Shown: positions 33,738 to 45,351 of the stretch, one piece after another
Layout: the number at the start of each line of letters is the position of its first letter
Position numbering within the stretch: the first letter of the stretch is position 1
Assembly (NCBI GenBank): GCA_020184695.1
Contig: JAANOX010000243.1
Location: 310,001 to 374,000, forward strand
Source of the DNA: Histomonas meleagridis 2922-C6/04-290x
Lineage: Eukaryota > Protista > Parabasalia
DNA: 64,000 nt
Direction: 5' to 3'
Notes under the pieces: generated by a model
What the model was told of the DNA's origin: nothing
Databases searched by the model: none
Seen by the model: only the letters and a program-made list of their open reading frames with translations
Position numbers and translations under genes: made by a program

Positions 33738-36700
33738 ATGTTTAAATTTTTTCGAAATAGACAAGTCAATAATCCAGTAATAAGAGAATGGATCAAATTT
33801 TTTACCGCACCTTTACCAAAGAAAGATGGACAGTTTTCGCTGTGTCCAGAAGTGTTCCAATTATTAATATCGTTACCAGAACATAATTATACAAAACAAG
33901 AATTAACAGGAATTGGAAACAAAACGGAAGAGGAGTATTTCACAACGTTATTTCAGTTAGACATACCTTTATATCAACAATATCCAGTAATTGTAAATTA
34001 TTTAAATTCAAACATGTTAACCATTCCTAACTATGAAAACTTTATTCCAACATTATTACCAGTTTTATTCCAGTATTTAATTCGTTTTATTAATAAAATC
34101 AAATTTCTTTTTCCCAAACATGCAAAAGACAAAACAGATTCAATTGTAACACATGAAAATCTCATATCTCTTTTTCAATTATTTTCAAAAATTCCGACTT
34201 CTTTTGAAGAAGTAATTCAACTATCAAAACCATTATTTGATCAATTTCAAAAATATTTATCTCTTAATGAAGATTTACCACAAAAAGAATACATTGACTT
34301 TTACTCAAACTTTTTTAATGTTTTAATTTCCTTTTCTATGGACTCACCATGTTCAAAAGATGAATTTTTACCAATTTTTAATTTTTTTGCCGAATATTAT
34401 GAATTTTGGGCAATGAAATATATAAGTAATTCAGATCTGTTTGATGAATCTCTTCTTGATCAGTGTTGTCATGCGCCTTTGGTTTTCCTTAAGCTCGATC
34501 AAGAATTTGCCATAAAAATTTCAAACACAACGTTAAATTCAATACTTTTCGTTGGATTCAATTTACTGAGCTTTATTTTTGGGGACCCCCATCGATCAAA
34601 ACCGATACAAAAAGTTTTTGAAGTTGGGTGTTCATTTTTACAATTTTTAGAATATTATGCATCTTTAGGATGTGATTTTTCCAAGGTTGTATGGAACCAT
34701 CAAATGTTTCATTTTACATGTTTCTTTTTAATATGGACAATTGATCGATTTCCATATGTTTCGTTTGAAGTTAGTAATGATTTTAATAAAAATGAATTAG
34801 AAATAACATCAAATGAATTTATAAATTCACTAGAAAAAATTGATATTGAAAAATTTGAATTTTTAACAATATCTGCATTTAAATTTCCATTAGAAGTCTC
34901 CGAAAGTATTACATTTAATAAAGATCCATCACAATTATCACAATATGATTTTGATATTCTTGATGAAATGATCACAAACGTTGAAAATCTTAATTTACTT
35001 ATGAAAATCTTTCAAGGCTTTTCGATTCATCCATATTCTGAAAAGTTTTTAGAGACATTTATAGATATTATATTAAATTTTTCCAAGAATTATTTAAGTC
35101 CAAATTATAATTCCATTAAATTGACATCAATTCCTGAGTTAATTTCATCATCAATTTTATATTTTTTATTACAATTTTTACTTTCTATTGATATTAATAT
35201 GGTTGCAAATTCATTAACATTAACTAATGGTTATAACTCATTAGTTAATAGTTTAGCATTTTTTCCACAATATAATATGTGGACAACAAAAACAATTGAT
35301 AGTTATTTAAACTTTATATGTCTTTTAAGGAAAACTATTTATCAATTATTTGAACAAATTTATATTAAATCACCACAAAATGCGTCGAATGTTTTCACAG
35401 CAATTTGTAGAATTTTTTCTAATTCTACACCTCAAATGATTGATGAATCAGTAAAGTTTTTATCTGTTTTATTTAAAGCTGATCCAAATTCATTTATATC
35501 AGCAATATCATCTGATAAAATTAATATCATATGTGTTGATTATCAATTAAAATTACAATCATTAGAATTAAACTTGATGATTGATGAAATTAATTCAAGT
35601 TTTTTACATTTTGTATGTCAATCAAGTATACAAATGTTTAATTTTGTTGAATTAGTTTTACGTGATGATAAAACTCGATGTTTATTCTTTTGTGTTAAAT
35701 CATTTGTTGAAATTTTATTTCATTTTTTATTCGATATAAATATTCAATCATTTTCACTCGATTTAATTAAAAGAGGTTTATTATTGGATTCATTTTCATT
35801 TAATTTATCTGAAATGGAACAAACTCCATTTGATAATTTGTTTCCTTTAATGATAAAGTTATTTCATCAATCATTAATTCATATAAATGATCCGAATTGG
35901 ATAAATTTAATCTTAAAATTCTTAAAAATGAACATTGAAATATTCCAATTAAATCGTCGATCAATTTTATCATATATTGAAAAGTTTAAATATATGGAAA
36001 CTATTGCATTATTACCAAGTATTGCAACTGAATTTAATGATCATATGAAAGTAATAAATTCTGTTTTAAGATGTTATGTACCATTAACAGAAGGTAATAA
36101 TCAAATGCGAAAACGAGTTACAAAATTCCCAATGATAGAATTACAAAAATATATTCAAGGATTACCTTTTGGTGAAGAAACTATTAATATATTATTACGT
36201 TTATTATTCGAACAACCAATTTCATTATCAAATTGCCCAAATACAGCAGAAATTCATAACCAAAGAATTTTACCATTTTTACATGGAATGACAAAACATC
36301 TGAAAGAACATCAACAAATATTTCATTATATTAATCAAATTTGTATCTCATCTGTCACGAATAAATTACAAGTTTTTCGATCTAAAATGCCAATATGTAT
36401 TATAAAATATTTCGAATCATTTCCTTGTTATAATGATTGTAATGAAAATGAACAAAAATCAATAATATGTTTACTTTCATTATTTTCTACTGTTTCATCA
36501 TTTATATTTCATTGGAAGACATTTTTCGAATGTATTCATTCAATGAATATAATCGATAATAAATATCGCCCATGGTGGAATAGTTTTTTAATATCAAGTT
36601 TTACTAATATGTTAACATCAAATACATATGAAAATCCTTCTTCTTTTATACATTTTGATGGAAGACTTTCTGGAATTTATGTTCCTGAAATTCCGAGTTC

Positions 36701-39700
36701 TTTAATATATAATAAGTTTTCTTTTATGATTAGATTTGAACTTGGCGCAGTTTGGGGATTTCCGAATACTAAACCTTATTTATTTTCTTTAATTACTACT
36801 TCTAATCAACGATTTGAATTATTTTTCGAAGATAAAAATCTTGTAATAGAATATCAATCTAATGAAAAAGATCAAATTATTACATATAAAATTAATCATG
36901 TTTTTGTACCTCATCAATGGTATAACATTGTATTAACAGTTGATAATAATATAATTTTATTTTATATTAATGGTGTATTAACACAACAATTTATATGTAA
37001 GAAAACTATTAAATTTAATCAAGCAATTAATATCGTAATAGGTAATGTATCTAAATCAAAGAAGAATTTCTTCGATTCGCCATTAATATTTAATATGAGT
37101 TGTGTTTATTTATTTAATATAGCATTAAATAATTCAACTATAATATCTTTATCACATTTACCTAATGATTTTATATATTCATTTTCTTCTTCAACTACTT
37201 CATTATATAAAGCTTTACCTCAAGAATGTATACAATTATTTAATGATTCATTAAATTCACATTTATTATTTTGTTATAATGCGAGAATGACAATTGATAA
37301 TTTTTGTGCAAATTTAGCACAAAATTCAATTGGTAAAGCAACTGTTAAAGGTCAAATTATACCATTTTCTACAACATTCTCTGATGTAGTAGCAAATGTT
37401 GGAGGATTAAAAACATTTTTCCCTTTATTTAAACAAGTTAATTTATCTATATTAAAAGAAGAAAATGATTATTCATCAAACTTTTTCGAGTCATTACTTG
37501 GATTATTTTCATTGTTTTGTCATGGTAATGATATACTTCAAGCTAACTTTGATCAATTCGATGGATTTAAATGTTTAGCTTCATTATTTTTAGAAATTAG
37601 TCCAAAGACTTTTTCATATAAAATCATTAATCATTTGTTGAATTTATATTTGGAATTAAATTGTGATGATTATAAATTAAATATGATAAATGATATTTGG
37701 ATGAATTTCGAACTTTGGCATCATGTACCTATCGATATACAAATTTATGTAATAAAAACTGATAATGAACAAATATTTAGAGAAGATCCTCATTTGATTA
37801 TATCAACTATATCAATTAAATCGATTTTATTATTATTATTTAATGAAAAAAATGTAGAAATACGTAAAGTATTATGGGAATTTATAATATCTTTAGCAAA
37901 ATTTAATTTTAATTTTACTGATATGCAATCATTATATGAATTTTCATTTTTGTCTTCAGATACTAAATCACAAACAAATAATGAATCGATTTTAGATGAT
38001 GAATCACATTCAGTTGATAAATTACATTTAAATGTTGAATTACATTTAGAAATATTAGAAAATATGTATATATTAATGTCCGAAAAAGTTCATAATTTCC
38101 ATAAAATCGTTGAGAAATATGGTTATTATGATGAATTTATTACATTATTTACATCTAAACATGAAGAAATTCGATTATTTGGATTAAAGTTTTTAGTCTT
38201 AATTTATGACTTTGAATCAAAAGGAATTTTAATTAAACCAAAACGTAATTTAAGTGATACATTTTTAACTATAATAGGAACATTTAATCATCAAAACTTA
38301 ACACAAAAAATGTGGGATAAATCATTAGAATTATTCTTCAGTAATAATCCATTCATAATGGATCATATATTTCCATTCATTTCATATCTTTCGAATTTTT
38401 ATGATACTGTTTTAATAAAACATTTTTTAATTGCATTAAATCGAATTTTAGATGATAATATGGAAACATGTAATTCTATATCATCTGTAAATTCGTGGTA
38501 TTATTGGCTATTCCATTTAATGTTACAATCGAATAGACCCGAAATATTATTTAATAATAAAGATGAATTAAAATCAGTAATAAATATATTTGCTAAAATT
38601 AGTATAACTATTATTAAAAATGGTAATAGAAATGGGTTTTCTGAGTTATTAACATATTTCCAATATATTAAAATCCAAAGACATTTTGATATTACTAAAT
38701 TTGTACAAGAAATTTTATGTGAAATATTAGAAAACTTAAACAATAATATAAATGAATCAATTTTATCTATAGTAATGTCCGAAGTTTTTTGTTATTTGTT
38801 TTATATACCAAATGTTGAACCATTTTATTATAATTTAGAACTTTTATCTTTACATGATAATCATGTTAATAATTCTTTAACTAAAATTAGTTATATTAAT
38901 AATTCTCTTTATTTAAAAGAAGGAAATTATAATTTCCGTATACCTGATAATTATAAATTTAATTTTTCTGTGAGAATTACTTCAGATAGTAAATGGCTTG
39001 ATATAAAAATTGCTTATTCTTTGATTAACTTAATAAATTCAACATTTTCATTAAAAGAACAAGAAGCAAAACGTAATTTTGATTTAAGTTTTCCATTTTT
39101 TGATAAACAATTAAAATATTATGAAGCTTATTCATTAATAATTTATTATATAATACGTAATGATCCTGAACAATTCGATGATATTTATGATATCTTTATG
39201 AAAAGATATAAAAATCGATCATTATATAACCAATTTGAATTATCATTTTTTGCTTTAGCTTTTTATCAAATACTTAAACCTAATAATTATCAAAGGTTTA
39301 ATGATTTCATAGAAACATTTAAAAATTATTTCGATAAAATAATACCATCAAATACGCAAAAGTTTAATATATTTTCTAAGCAATTAATTCAAGCCGAGTT
39401 TTATGAACTTACACGTGAATTTACTTTAAATTTCTTTAATTTATTAAAAGAGAAATCTGAACTAATGAAAAATATATCTATTGATCGATTAAATAGATTA
39501 CAATTAAACGAAATATCAAATAAAATTAAGAACATCATTGATATTTCAACATTTTCAATAAAGTTTCAACAAGAACATCAAACATTTTTATCTGAATTAC
39601 AAAATAAAATGATAACATGTAAAAAAGCTTATAAACATATTTCAAGAGATTTATTATCGAATGGTGGGCCTTGGTGTATCTCTAATAAAATTGAACATTG

Positions 39701-42074
39701 GAAACTTTGGTCAATTTATGATAATAAATATCGTCGAATGTTCTTAAAGCCGAATAATAAATTTGATGATCATAAAATTGCTTCTGATCGACGTGATCAT
39801 ATCATAATTAAGAAAATCGATATTAAAGAACCTAAAATTGAAGAAGAAGAAGAAGAAGAAAATATTAAAGATGAAGAAATCCAAAAATCTTCACAAGAAT
39901 GTATATTTTCAACGCAATGTCAATTAATTACTATACATGGACAAATCGATGGAACATTTTTCTTATATAATACCGAAATATTTTTCAGTGGTAATGAAAG
40001 TCATTATGTGCAATTCCCTTTATCAACAATTAAAATGATATTACATCGCGCATATTTACATTTTAATTATGGATTAGAATTCTTCCTTATCAAACAAAAG
40101 AGTTATTTCTTTTATTTTTGTAATAATGGAATTCGAGAGAAAATATTACAAAAAATTAATAACTTAAATTATCCTTATCTTAAACAAGGTATTAAATTAT
40201 GGAATTCAAAAGATTATATAAATCAATTTACTAAACGTTGGCAAATTGGGGAAATATCAAATTATGAATATCTAATATATTTAAATCTTTTATCCGGTCG
40301 AAGTTTTAATGATTTATCACAATATCCAATCTTTCCATGGATATTATCTAATTATACATCTGAAACAATTGATTTAAATGATCCGAATAATTATCGAGAT
40401 TTATCTAAACCAATTGGTGCATTAAACATTGAACGATTAAATAAACTTAAACGTGACTATGAATTATGTCCAGAATCACCAGAAAAATGTTTATATCGAT
40501 TACATTATTCGACATCTTCTTACATAGTTCATTATTTAATGCGACTTGAGCCTTTTACTTCTTTACATATTGGAATGCATGATGAAAAATTCGATAAACC
40601 AAATCGTACATTTTGGTCTATAGCTAAAAGTTATGATGCAGTAACATCATTAAACAATGATTTTAGGGAAATAATTCCCGAATTCTTCACGTTACCTGAT
40701 TTTTTGATTAATAAAAATCAATTTGATTTAGGAATTCATGAAGATTTAAATATACAAATTGGTGATGTAATATTACCACCGTGGAGTAAAGATGCTGATG
40801 ATTTCATTAGTATTCATCGTAAAGCTTTAGAAAGTCAATATGTCTCTGAACATTTAAATGAATGGATCGATTTAATATTTGGTTATGCACAAAATGGGGA
40901 AAATGCGATAAAATGTAATAATACATTTCATGCATATTGTTATGAATCTTCATTAATGAAATATAACGCTTATAATAATCCTGATTTAACATTTGATATC
41001 CAAATACATGCAAGTAATTTCGGTATTATACCTAAACAATTATTTAATGTCGTACATCCAAAACGTACTTATGTACCTATACCTTCATTAATTACGTCAT
41101 TTTCTTCTTTAAATATATTATTAACACTACAAAACCCGATTTTTTATTTATCATTTGCGGAAAGTCATTTGTTTATGATAAGTAACGAAATGAAATTTTA
41201 TTCATTTCCATTACCTAAAGAATTTAAATCGATTGAATTCCAACCATTTATTACACAACATGGAACATTTGAATCATATTTATTATCAGAGAATAATTAC
41301 ATTAATACAATGAAATCATTTTCATTCTTTAATGATCCACTTCGTATTATATTATCTTCACAATGGGATAATACATTTCATATATTTAAAATCGATTTAA
41401 AGAATGGTTTAACACATTTATATTCGCAAAGTCAAAATTATTCATTATTAACTTCAGTATGTAATGCGGGAGGAAATTATTTGTTAACTTCATGGAGAGA
41501 TTCATCATTATCTTTATGGAACATTTCTTCTTTCGATAATAAACTTCAACCTTTGTATCGAATATCTCCACATTTAACATCGATTGTTGATATCGATGCA
41601 AATTCAAATTTACAAATCATTGTAAGTATCGACAAAAATAAACAACTTGTTTTGTCTTCGCTTCTAACAGGAAGATATATTCGATCAATTAAAATCGACG
41701 TCGATGAACAAATTATACAATATGTAATGTTGTTCGACTTGGGTTATATTGTTGTGGTATCACAAAAACAAACAACAGGTGTCGAAACAACATTTAAATT
41801 GTTTAACGTGAATACAATGTACTTAAGGGAAATTAAAATTAATAAATTGTTGGAAAAATATTGCAAAGTCGAAATAGATAATGGATGCATTGGAATAGGA
41901 GCAATATTCGAAAATGGTTACTTCGTATATATCGATTTGCCTTCGTTGAAAATTATCGACGAGATTAACTTGGATAAGAAAATATTGGATATAATATTCT
42001 TGCAACAATATGAAACATTTTTGTTGTCCGATAACGAAGGAAATTTGATGTATATCAATTTGGGTCATGATTGA
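33738..42074 (+). CDS. BEACH-domain protein (ConA-like, PH, BEACH, WD40)
   Basis: Uninterrupted 2778-aa ORF. BEACH motifs WQIGEISNYEYLIYLNLLSGRSFNDLSQYPIFPW, ELIPE-like EIIPEFF and WIDLIFGY, followed by WD40-like repeats. Confidence 0.95.
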   Translation: MFKFFRNRQVNNPVIREWIKFFTAPLPKKDGQFSLCPEVFQLLISLPEHNYTKQELTGIGNKTEEEYFTTLFQLDIPLYQQYPVIVNYLNSNMLTIPNYENFIPTLLPVLFQYLIRFINKIKFLFPKHAKDKTDSIVTHENLISLFQLFSKIPTSFEEVIQLSKPLFDQFQKYLSLNEDLPQKEYIDFYSNFFNVLISFSMDSPCSKDEFLPIFNFFAEYYEFWAMKYISNSDLFDESLLDQCCHAPLVFLKLDQEFAIKISNTTLNSILFVGFNLLSFIFGDPHRSKPIQKVFEVGCSFLQFLEYYASLGCDFSKVVWNHQMFHFTCFFLIWTIDRFPYVSFEVSNDFNKNELEITSNEFINSLEKIDIEKFEFLTISAFKFPLEVSESITFNKDPSQLSQYDFDILDEMITNVENLNLLMKIFQGFSIHPYSEKFLETFIDIILNFSKNYLSPNYNSIKLTSIPELISSSILYFLLQFLLSIDINMVANSLTLTNGYNSLVNSLAFFPQYNMWTTKTIDSYLNFICLLRKTIYQLFEQIYIKSPQNASNVFTAICRIFSNSTPQMIDESVKFLSVLFKADPNSFISAISSDKINIICVDYQLKLQSLELNLMIDEINSSFLHFVCQSSIQMFNFVELVLRDDKTRCLFFCVKSFVEILFHFLFDINIQSFSLDLIKRGLLLDSFSFNLSEMEQTPFDNLFPLMIKLFHQSLIHINDPNWINLILKFLKMNIEIFQLNRRSILSYIEKFKYMETIALLPSIATEFNDHMKVINSVLRCYVPLTEGNNQMRKRVTKFPMIELQKYIQGLPFGEETINILLRLLFEQPISLSNCPNTAEIHNQRILPFLHGMTKHLKEHQQIFHYINQICISSVTNKLQVFRSKMPICIIKYFESFPCYNDCNENEQKSIICLLSLFSTVSSFIFHWKTFFECIHSMNIIDNKYRPWWNSFLISSFTNMLTSNTYENPSSFIHFDGRLSGIYVPEIPSSLIYNKFSFMIRFELGAVWGFPNTKPYLFSLITTSNQRFELFFEDKNLVIEYQSNEKDQIITYKINHVFVPHQWYNIVLTVDNNIILFYINGVLTQQFICKKTIKFNQAINIVIGNVSKSKKNFFDSPLIFNMSCVYLFNIALNNSTIISLSHLPNDFIYSFSSSTTSLYKALPQECIQLFNDSLNSHLLFCYNARMTIDNFCANLAQNSIGKATVKGQIIPFSTTFSDVVANVGGLKTFFPLFKQVNLSILKEENDYSSNFFESLLGLFSLFCHGNDILQANFDQFDGFKCLASLFLEISPKTFSYKIINHLLNLYLELNCDDYKLNMINDIWMNFELWHHVPIDIQIYVIKTDNEQIFREDPHLIISTISIKSILLLLFNEKNVEIRKVLWEFIISLAKFNFNFTDMQSLYEFSFLSSDTKSQTNNESILDDESHSVDKLHLNVELHLEILENMYILMSEKVHNFHKIVEKYGYYDEFITLFTSKHEEIRLFGLKFLVLIYDFESKGILIKPKRNLSDTFLTIIGTFNHQNLTQKMWDKSLELFFSNNPFIMDHIFPFISYLSNFYDTVLIKHFLIALNRILDDNMETCNSISSVNSWYYWLFHLMLQSNRPEILFNNKDELKSVINIFAKISITIIKNGNRNGFSELLTYFQYIKIQRHFDITKFVQEILCEILENLNNNINESILSIVMSEVFCYLFYIPNVEPFYYNLELLSLHDNHVNNSLTKISYINNSLYLKEGNYNFRIPDNYKFNFSVRITSDSKWLDIKIAYSLINLINSTFSLKEQEAKRNFDLSFPFFDKQLKYYEAYSLIIYYIIRNDPEQFDDIYDIFMKRYKNRSLYNQFELSFFALAFYQILKPNNYQRFNDFIETFKNYFDKIIPSNTQKFNIFSKQLIQAEFYELTREFTLNFFNLLKEKSELMKNISIDRLNRLQLNEISNKIKNIIDISTFSIKFQQEHQTFLSELQNKMITCKKAYKHISRDLLSNGGPWCISNKIEHWKLWSIYDNKYRRMFLKPNNKFDDHKIASDRRDHIIIKKIDIKEPKIEEEEEEENIKDEEIQKSSQECIFSTQCQLITIHGQIDGTFFLYNTEIFFSGNESHYVQFPLSTIKMILHRAYLHFNYGLEFFLIKQKSYFFYFCNNGIREKILQKINNLNYPYLKQGIKLWNSKDYINQFTKRWQIGEISNYEYLIYLNLLSGRSFNDLSQYPIFPWILSNYTSETIDLNDPNNYRDLSKPIGALNIERLNKLKRDYELCPESPEKCLYRLHYSTSSYIVHYLMRLEPFTSLHIGMHDEKFDKPNRTFWSIAKSYDAVTSLNNDFREIIPEFFTLPDFLINKNQFDLGIHEDLNIQIGDVILPPWSKDADDFISIHRKALESQYVSEHLNEWIDLIFGYAQNGENAIKCNNTFHAYCYESSLMKYNAYNNPDLTFDIQIHASNFGIIPKQLFNVVHPKRTYVPIPSLITSFSSLNILLTLQNPIFYLSFAESHLFMISNEMKFYSFPLPKEFKSIEFQPFITQHGTFESYLLSENNYINTMKSFSFFNDPLRIILSSQWDNTFHIFKIDLKNGLTHLYSQSQNYSLLTSVCNAGGNYLLTSWRDSSLSLWNISSFDNKLQPLYRISPHLTSIVDIDANSNLQIIVSIDKNKQLVLSSLLTGRYIRSIKIDVDEQIIQYVMLFDLGYIVVVSQKQTTGVETTFKLFNVNTMYLREIKINKLLEKYCKVEIDNGCIGIGAIFENGYFVYIDLPSLKIIDEINLDKKILDIIFLQQYETFLLSDNEGNLMYINLGHD

Positions 42075-42437
42075 AATAATAAAAATGTTTTTTTCGGATT
42101 TCATTTTTTATGATACCGTTCGTTCATTTAATTGATGATTGAAAACTTTTTTGCAATTTAATTTATGATCATTGATGATTTTTGGTGAAATTTCACCGAA
42201 AATTTTTCTAAAATAAATTCAAGATTGAATTTGTGATTCTAAGATTTACGATAAAATTGACATTATGTGATCGATCACTTTTTCGGCGGGGAAAAATCGG
42301 TTTCACTTCATCTATATGCTGTAAAGTTAAGAAATTGATGTGAAATACTCAAATTTATTTTCAAAAAGTCATCCTAACAACAATTCTCCAAAATAATTGC
42401 CCATTATTTATTTTAAATTATCTTATTTTTTTGTTCG

Positions 42438-44800
42438 ATGGAAATAAAAAGTTCACATGAAAATAAGGACTTATCATTCCTTAATCAACTCGAATATATA
42501 GTATATAATTTAAACACTGAAAACTTAGATGAATCTGTCAAAAAAGTAATGGATATTTTTGATAATGATTTTCCATATTTATTTATACATATTATTTCTC
42601 AATTAGTATTTTCTTCAATTGTATCACAAAAGGGTAATTTTGATTTTGCAATACAATTTTTAAAAATACTTCAAGAAAAGAATAAAGAACACATTAAAAT
42701 CAATTATACGAAGAATAAATTGTTTTCAATGTTAAATTTTTCATATAGACCACAAGAATCATATTATATTATAGAAAAAATGATAGAACAAGGTTTAGTT
42801 GATCCAAGTTTTGTAAAATCTCAGCCAACATATTATTTTGCACATTATTTTTCAAAAGATGAAATAATTTCAAAGTGTTTTAATTCTTTTAAAAATTATT
42901 TTACGAAAAACATTGAAAAACTATCGAATAACGATTGGGAACTTCATAAGAAATATGTTAAAGAAGGAGTTAATCCAAATGAAATTGCAAAAATAATTCG
43001 AAATGATGAAATCGAAAAACTTCAAGAAATGACAGCACAAAATGATTTTAACTTTAATCAAGAAATTGAGCCATCACTTTATGAACGATATTCATTTATT
43101 AATGAAGAAAATGTTTCATTAATTGATTATGCAGCATTTTTTGGATCAATTAATTGTTTTAGGTTTTTATTATTAAACGGAGCGAATGTTAATAAAACAG
43201 GTAAATATGCTATTGCAGGTGCGAATCTTGAAATTATTCATTTATGTGAACAAAATCATACTGATTTTAGAGACACACATGAAATAGCAATTGAATATCA
43301 TCGAAATGATATCTTTAAATATATGTATGATAAAAAGATATATCAATTTAAAGATTTAGCAGCGATAGGAAGGAAATGTATTCTCTTTTTTAATTATGAA
43401 CTTTTATCATTTTTAGAAGAAGAAGGGATGAAAACAAATGATGTTCTTGTTAATGAATCAGCTAAAATTGGAAATATTTATTTAATAAAACATTTTCTTG
43501 AAGGATATGATCGAATTCCAACAAATATTTTATATTGTTCAATAATCTCAGAAAACATTGAACTTGTGAAATATATTATAGAAGAAAAGAAATTTGATGT
43601 TAATACCAAAAATATTTATATCATTTTTTTACTGTTTATTTCATTCAAAATATTTCTCATTTTATTATTTGGAATTATTTTAAATGTTTTGAAGAACCAA
43701 TTATTACAGCATCTTTGAATAATCTTAATGAAATTCTTAAATTCTTTCTTGAGAATTATAAATTTAATATCAATGTAAATGTAAAATATATTTAATTTGT
43801 TTATTTAAATTTTTTTTTTAAATCCTAATGTTTCAATTCATAAATTGGATTTTATATATTCATTAGAAAACACCTCTTATTTTTGCATCGATGAACAATA
43901 ATACAGAAATTGTTAAATTACTTCTTGAACAAAAAGGAATCGATTTAAATGCTAAAGATGTATATTTGTATTATTTAATGATTGTTTTCATAATATGATG
44001 CTCTAAAAATATATTCGGAAATTATTCAAAATATTTTACACGGCACTTCTTTATGCTTCTAAAAATGGTTACATTGAAATTGTTAAATTACTTCTTGAAC
44101 AAAAAGAAATTGATGTAAATGTCAAAGATATTTATTAAATCTATTTAAAATTTGCTTTAATAATTTCATATTTACAAATAATAATTGGAAGTTATTGAAA
44201 TTATTTGAAGTATCACTTATAGTAGCTTCCTTAAATGATCATATAGAAATAGTTAAATTACTTCTTGAACAAAAAGGAATTGATATTAATGCAAAAAATA
44301 TTTATTTGTTTTGTTTAAAATTGATTATAATAATTTAATGTTTCAAAATAATATACGGAAATTATTTAAAATATTATGGACAGCATTTATGTATGCATCT
44401 TTTAAAGGTAAAATAAACATAGTTAAATTACTTCTTGAACAAAAAGGAATTGATATTAATGCAAGAAATATTTATTTGTTTTGTTTAAAATCGATTTTAA
44501 TAATTTGATGTTTCAAAATAATATACGGAAATTATTTAAATTATTTAGAACAGCACTTATGTTAGCATCTCTAGAAGGTCATTCAGAAATAGTTAAATTA
44601 CTTCTTGAACAAAAAGGTATTGATATCAATACTCAAAGTATTTATTTAATTAATTTCAAATTAATTTTGATAATTTGGTTTTTCAAAATAGTATTCGGAA
44701 ATTATTTTAAATATTTAAAACTTTAAGCGCTTTAGAACAGTTTTATCAAAATCAAATTGACAGAGGTATCAAGGAAATCCTTTCAAAAATGAAAAAGTAA
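42438..44800 (+). CDS. DUF3447-type ankyrin gene whose C-terminal modules are separated by seven exactly 80-nt gaps
   Basis: The ORF is intact to NTKN (43613). Then come modules EEPIITASLNN, KTPLIFASMNN, YTALLYASKNG, EVSLIVASLND, WTAFMYASFKG and RTALMLASLEG, and a final cap-like segment KTLSALEQ...KEILSKMKK* (TAA 44798-44800). Confidence 0.78.
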
Positions 44801-45072
44801 ATAATTTTCTGACACCTGAATTTATTTCTATTTTAACTTAATGTGGGTGAGGATTTATCTCTTCAGGCTTTATAAAAATAAGTTAATGCATAGGTGCTAT
44901 ATGATAATTTTTCATTCAATTTATTTTTAAAATATGAAATATAGTGTTTAAAATATATAAATATGAAGTCATAGGTGAATATCGTCATTTTGTGCTTCTT
45001 TGTTATAAAATCTAGATTTTATAAGAAGTACAATTAAATATAGATAATATGACTAATATAAATAATCGATAC

Positions 45073-45144
45073 GGGTGATTGGTCTAGTGGAATGATTCTC
45101 GCTTTGGGTGCGAGAGGTCTCGGGTTCGATTCCCGAATCGCCCC
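45073..45144 (+). tRNA. tRNA-Pro (TGG)
   Basis: Acceptor stem GGGTGAT/ATCGCCC, D arm TGGTCTAGTGG, anticodon arm CTCGC-TTTGGGT-GCGAG, T arm GGTTCGATTCC, followed by a T6 run (Pol III terminator). Confidence 0.96.
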
Positions 45145-45322
45145 TAATTTTTTGTTAAATTGATCGTTAATATTTTTTTTTATACTTACAAATCAAAAAA
45201 AAAAAGTTTTAAATGTTTATATTTTGAATGTTTTTCTTAGTTTTTGTAAATTTATTTCATCATGATGAAAGGACTCACTTCAGGAAGGCTTCTACATTTT
45301 AGGGCACCCCTATTAAGTGAAT

Positions 45323-45328
45323 TCACTT
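45323..45328 (+). promoter_or_regulatory. Initiator (Inr)-like TCACTT
   Basis: Matches the trichomonad Inr consensus TCA(+1)YT, about 25 nt upstream of ATG 45352. Confidence 0.45.
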
Positions 45329-45351
45329 TTAAAATTTGGCACTTTTAAAAA

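Noticed and set aside
8938-44719. Ankyrin inserts as ordinary GT-AG spliceosomal introns
   Set aside because: Only two inserts start with GT and these have no AG at the required 3' position. There is no ACTAAC..AG or TCTAA..AACAG motif. The occasional AG (43865, 44547) is not conserved.
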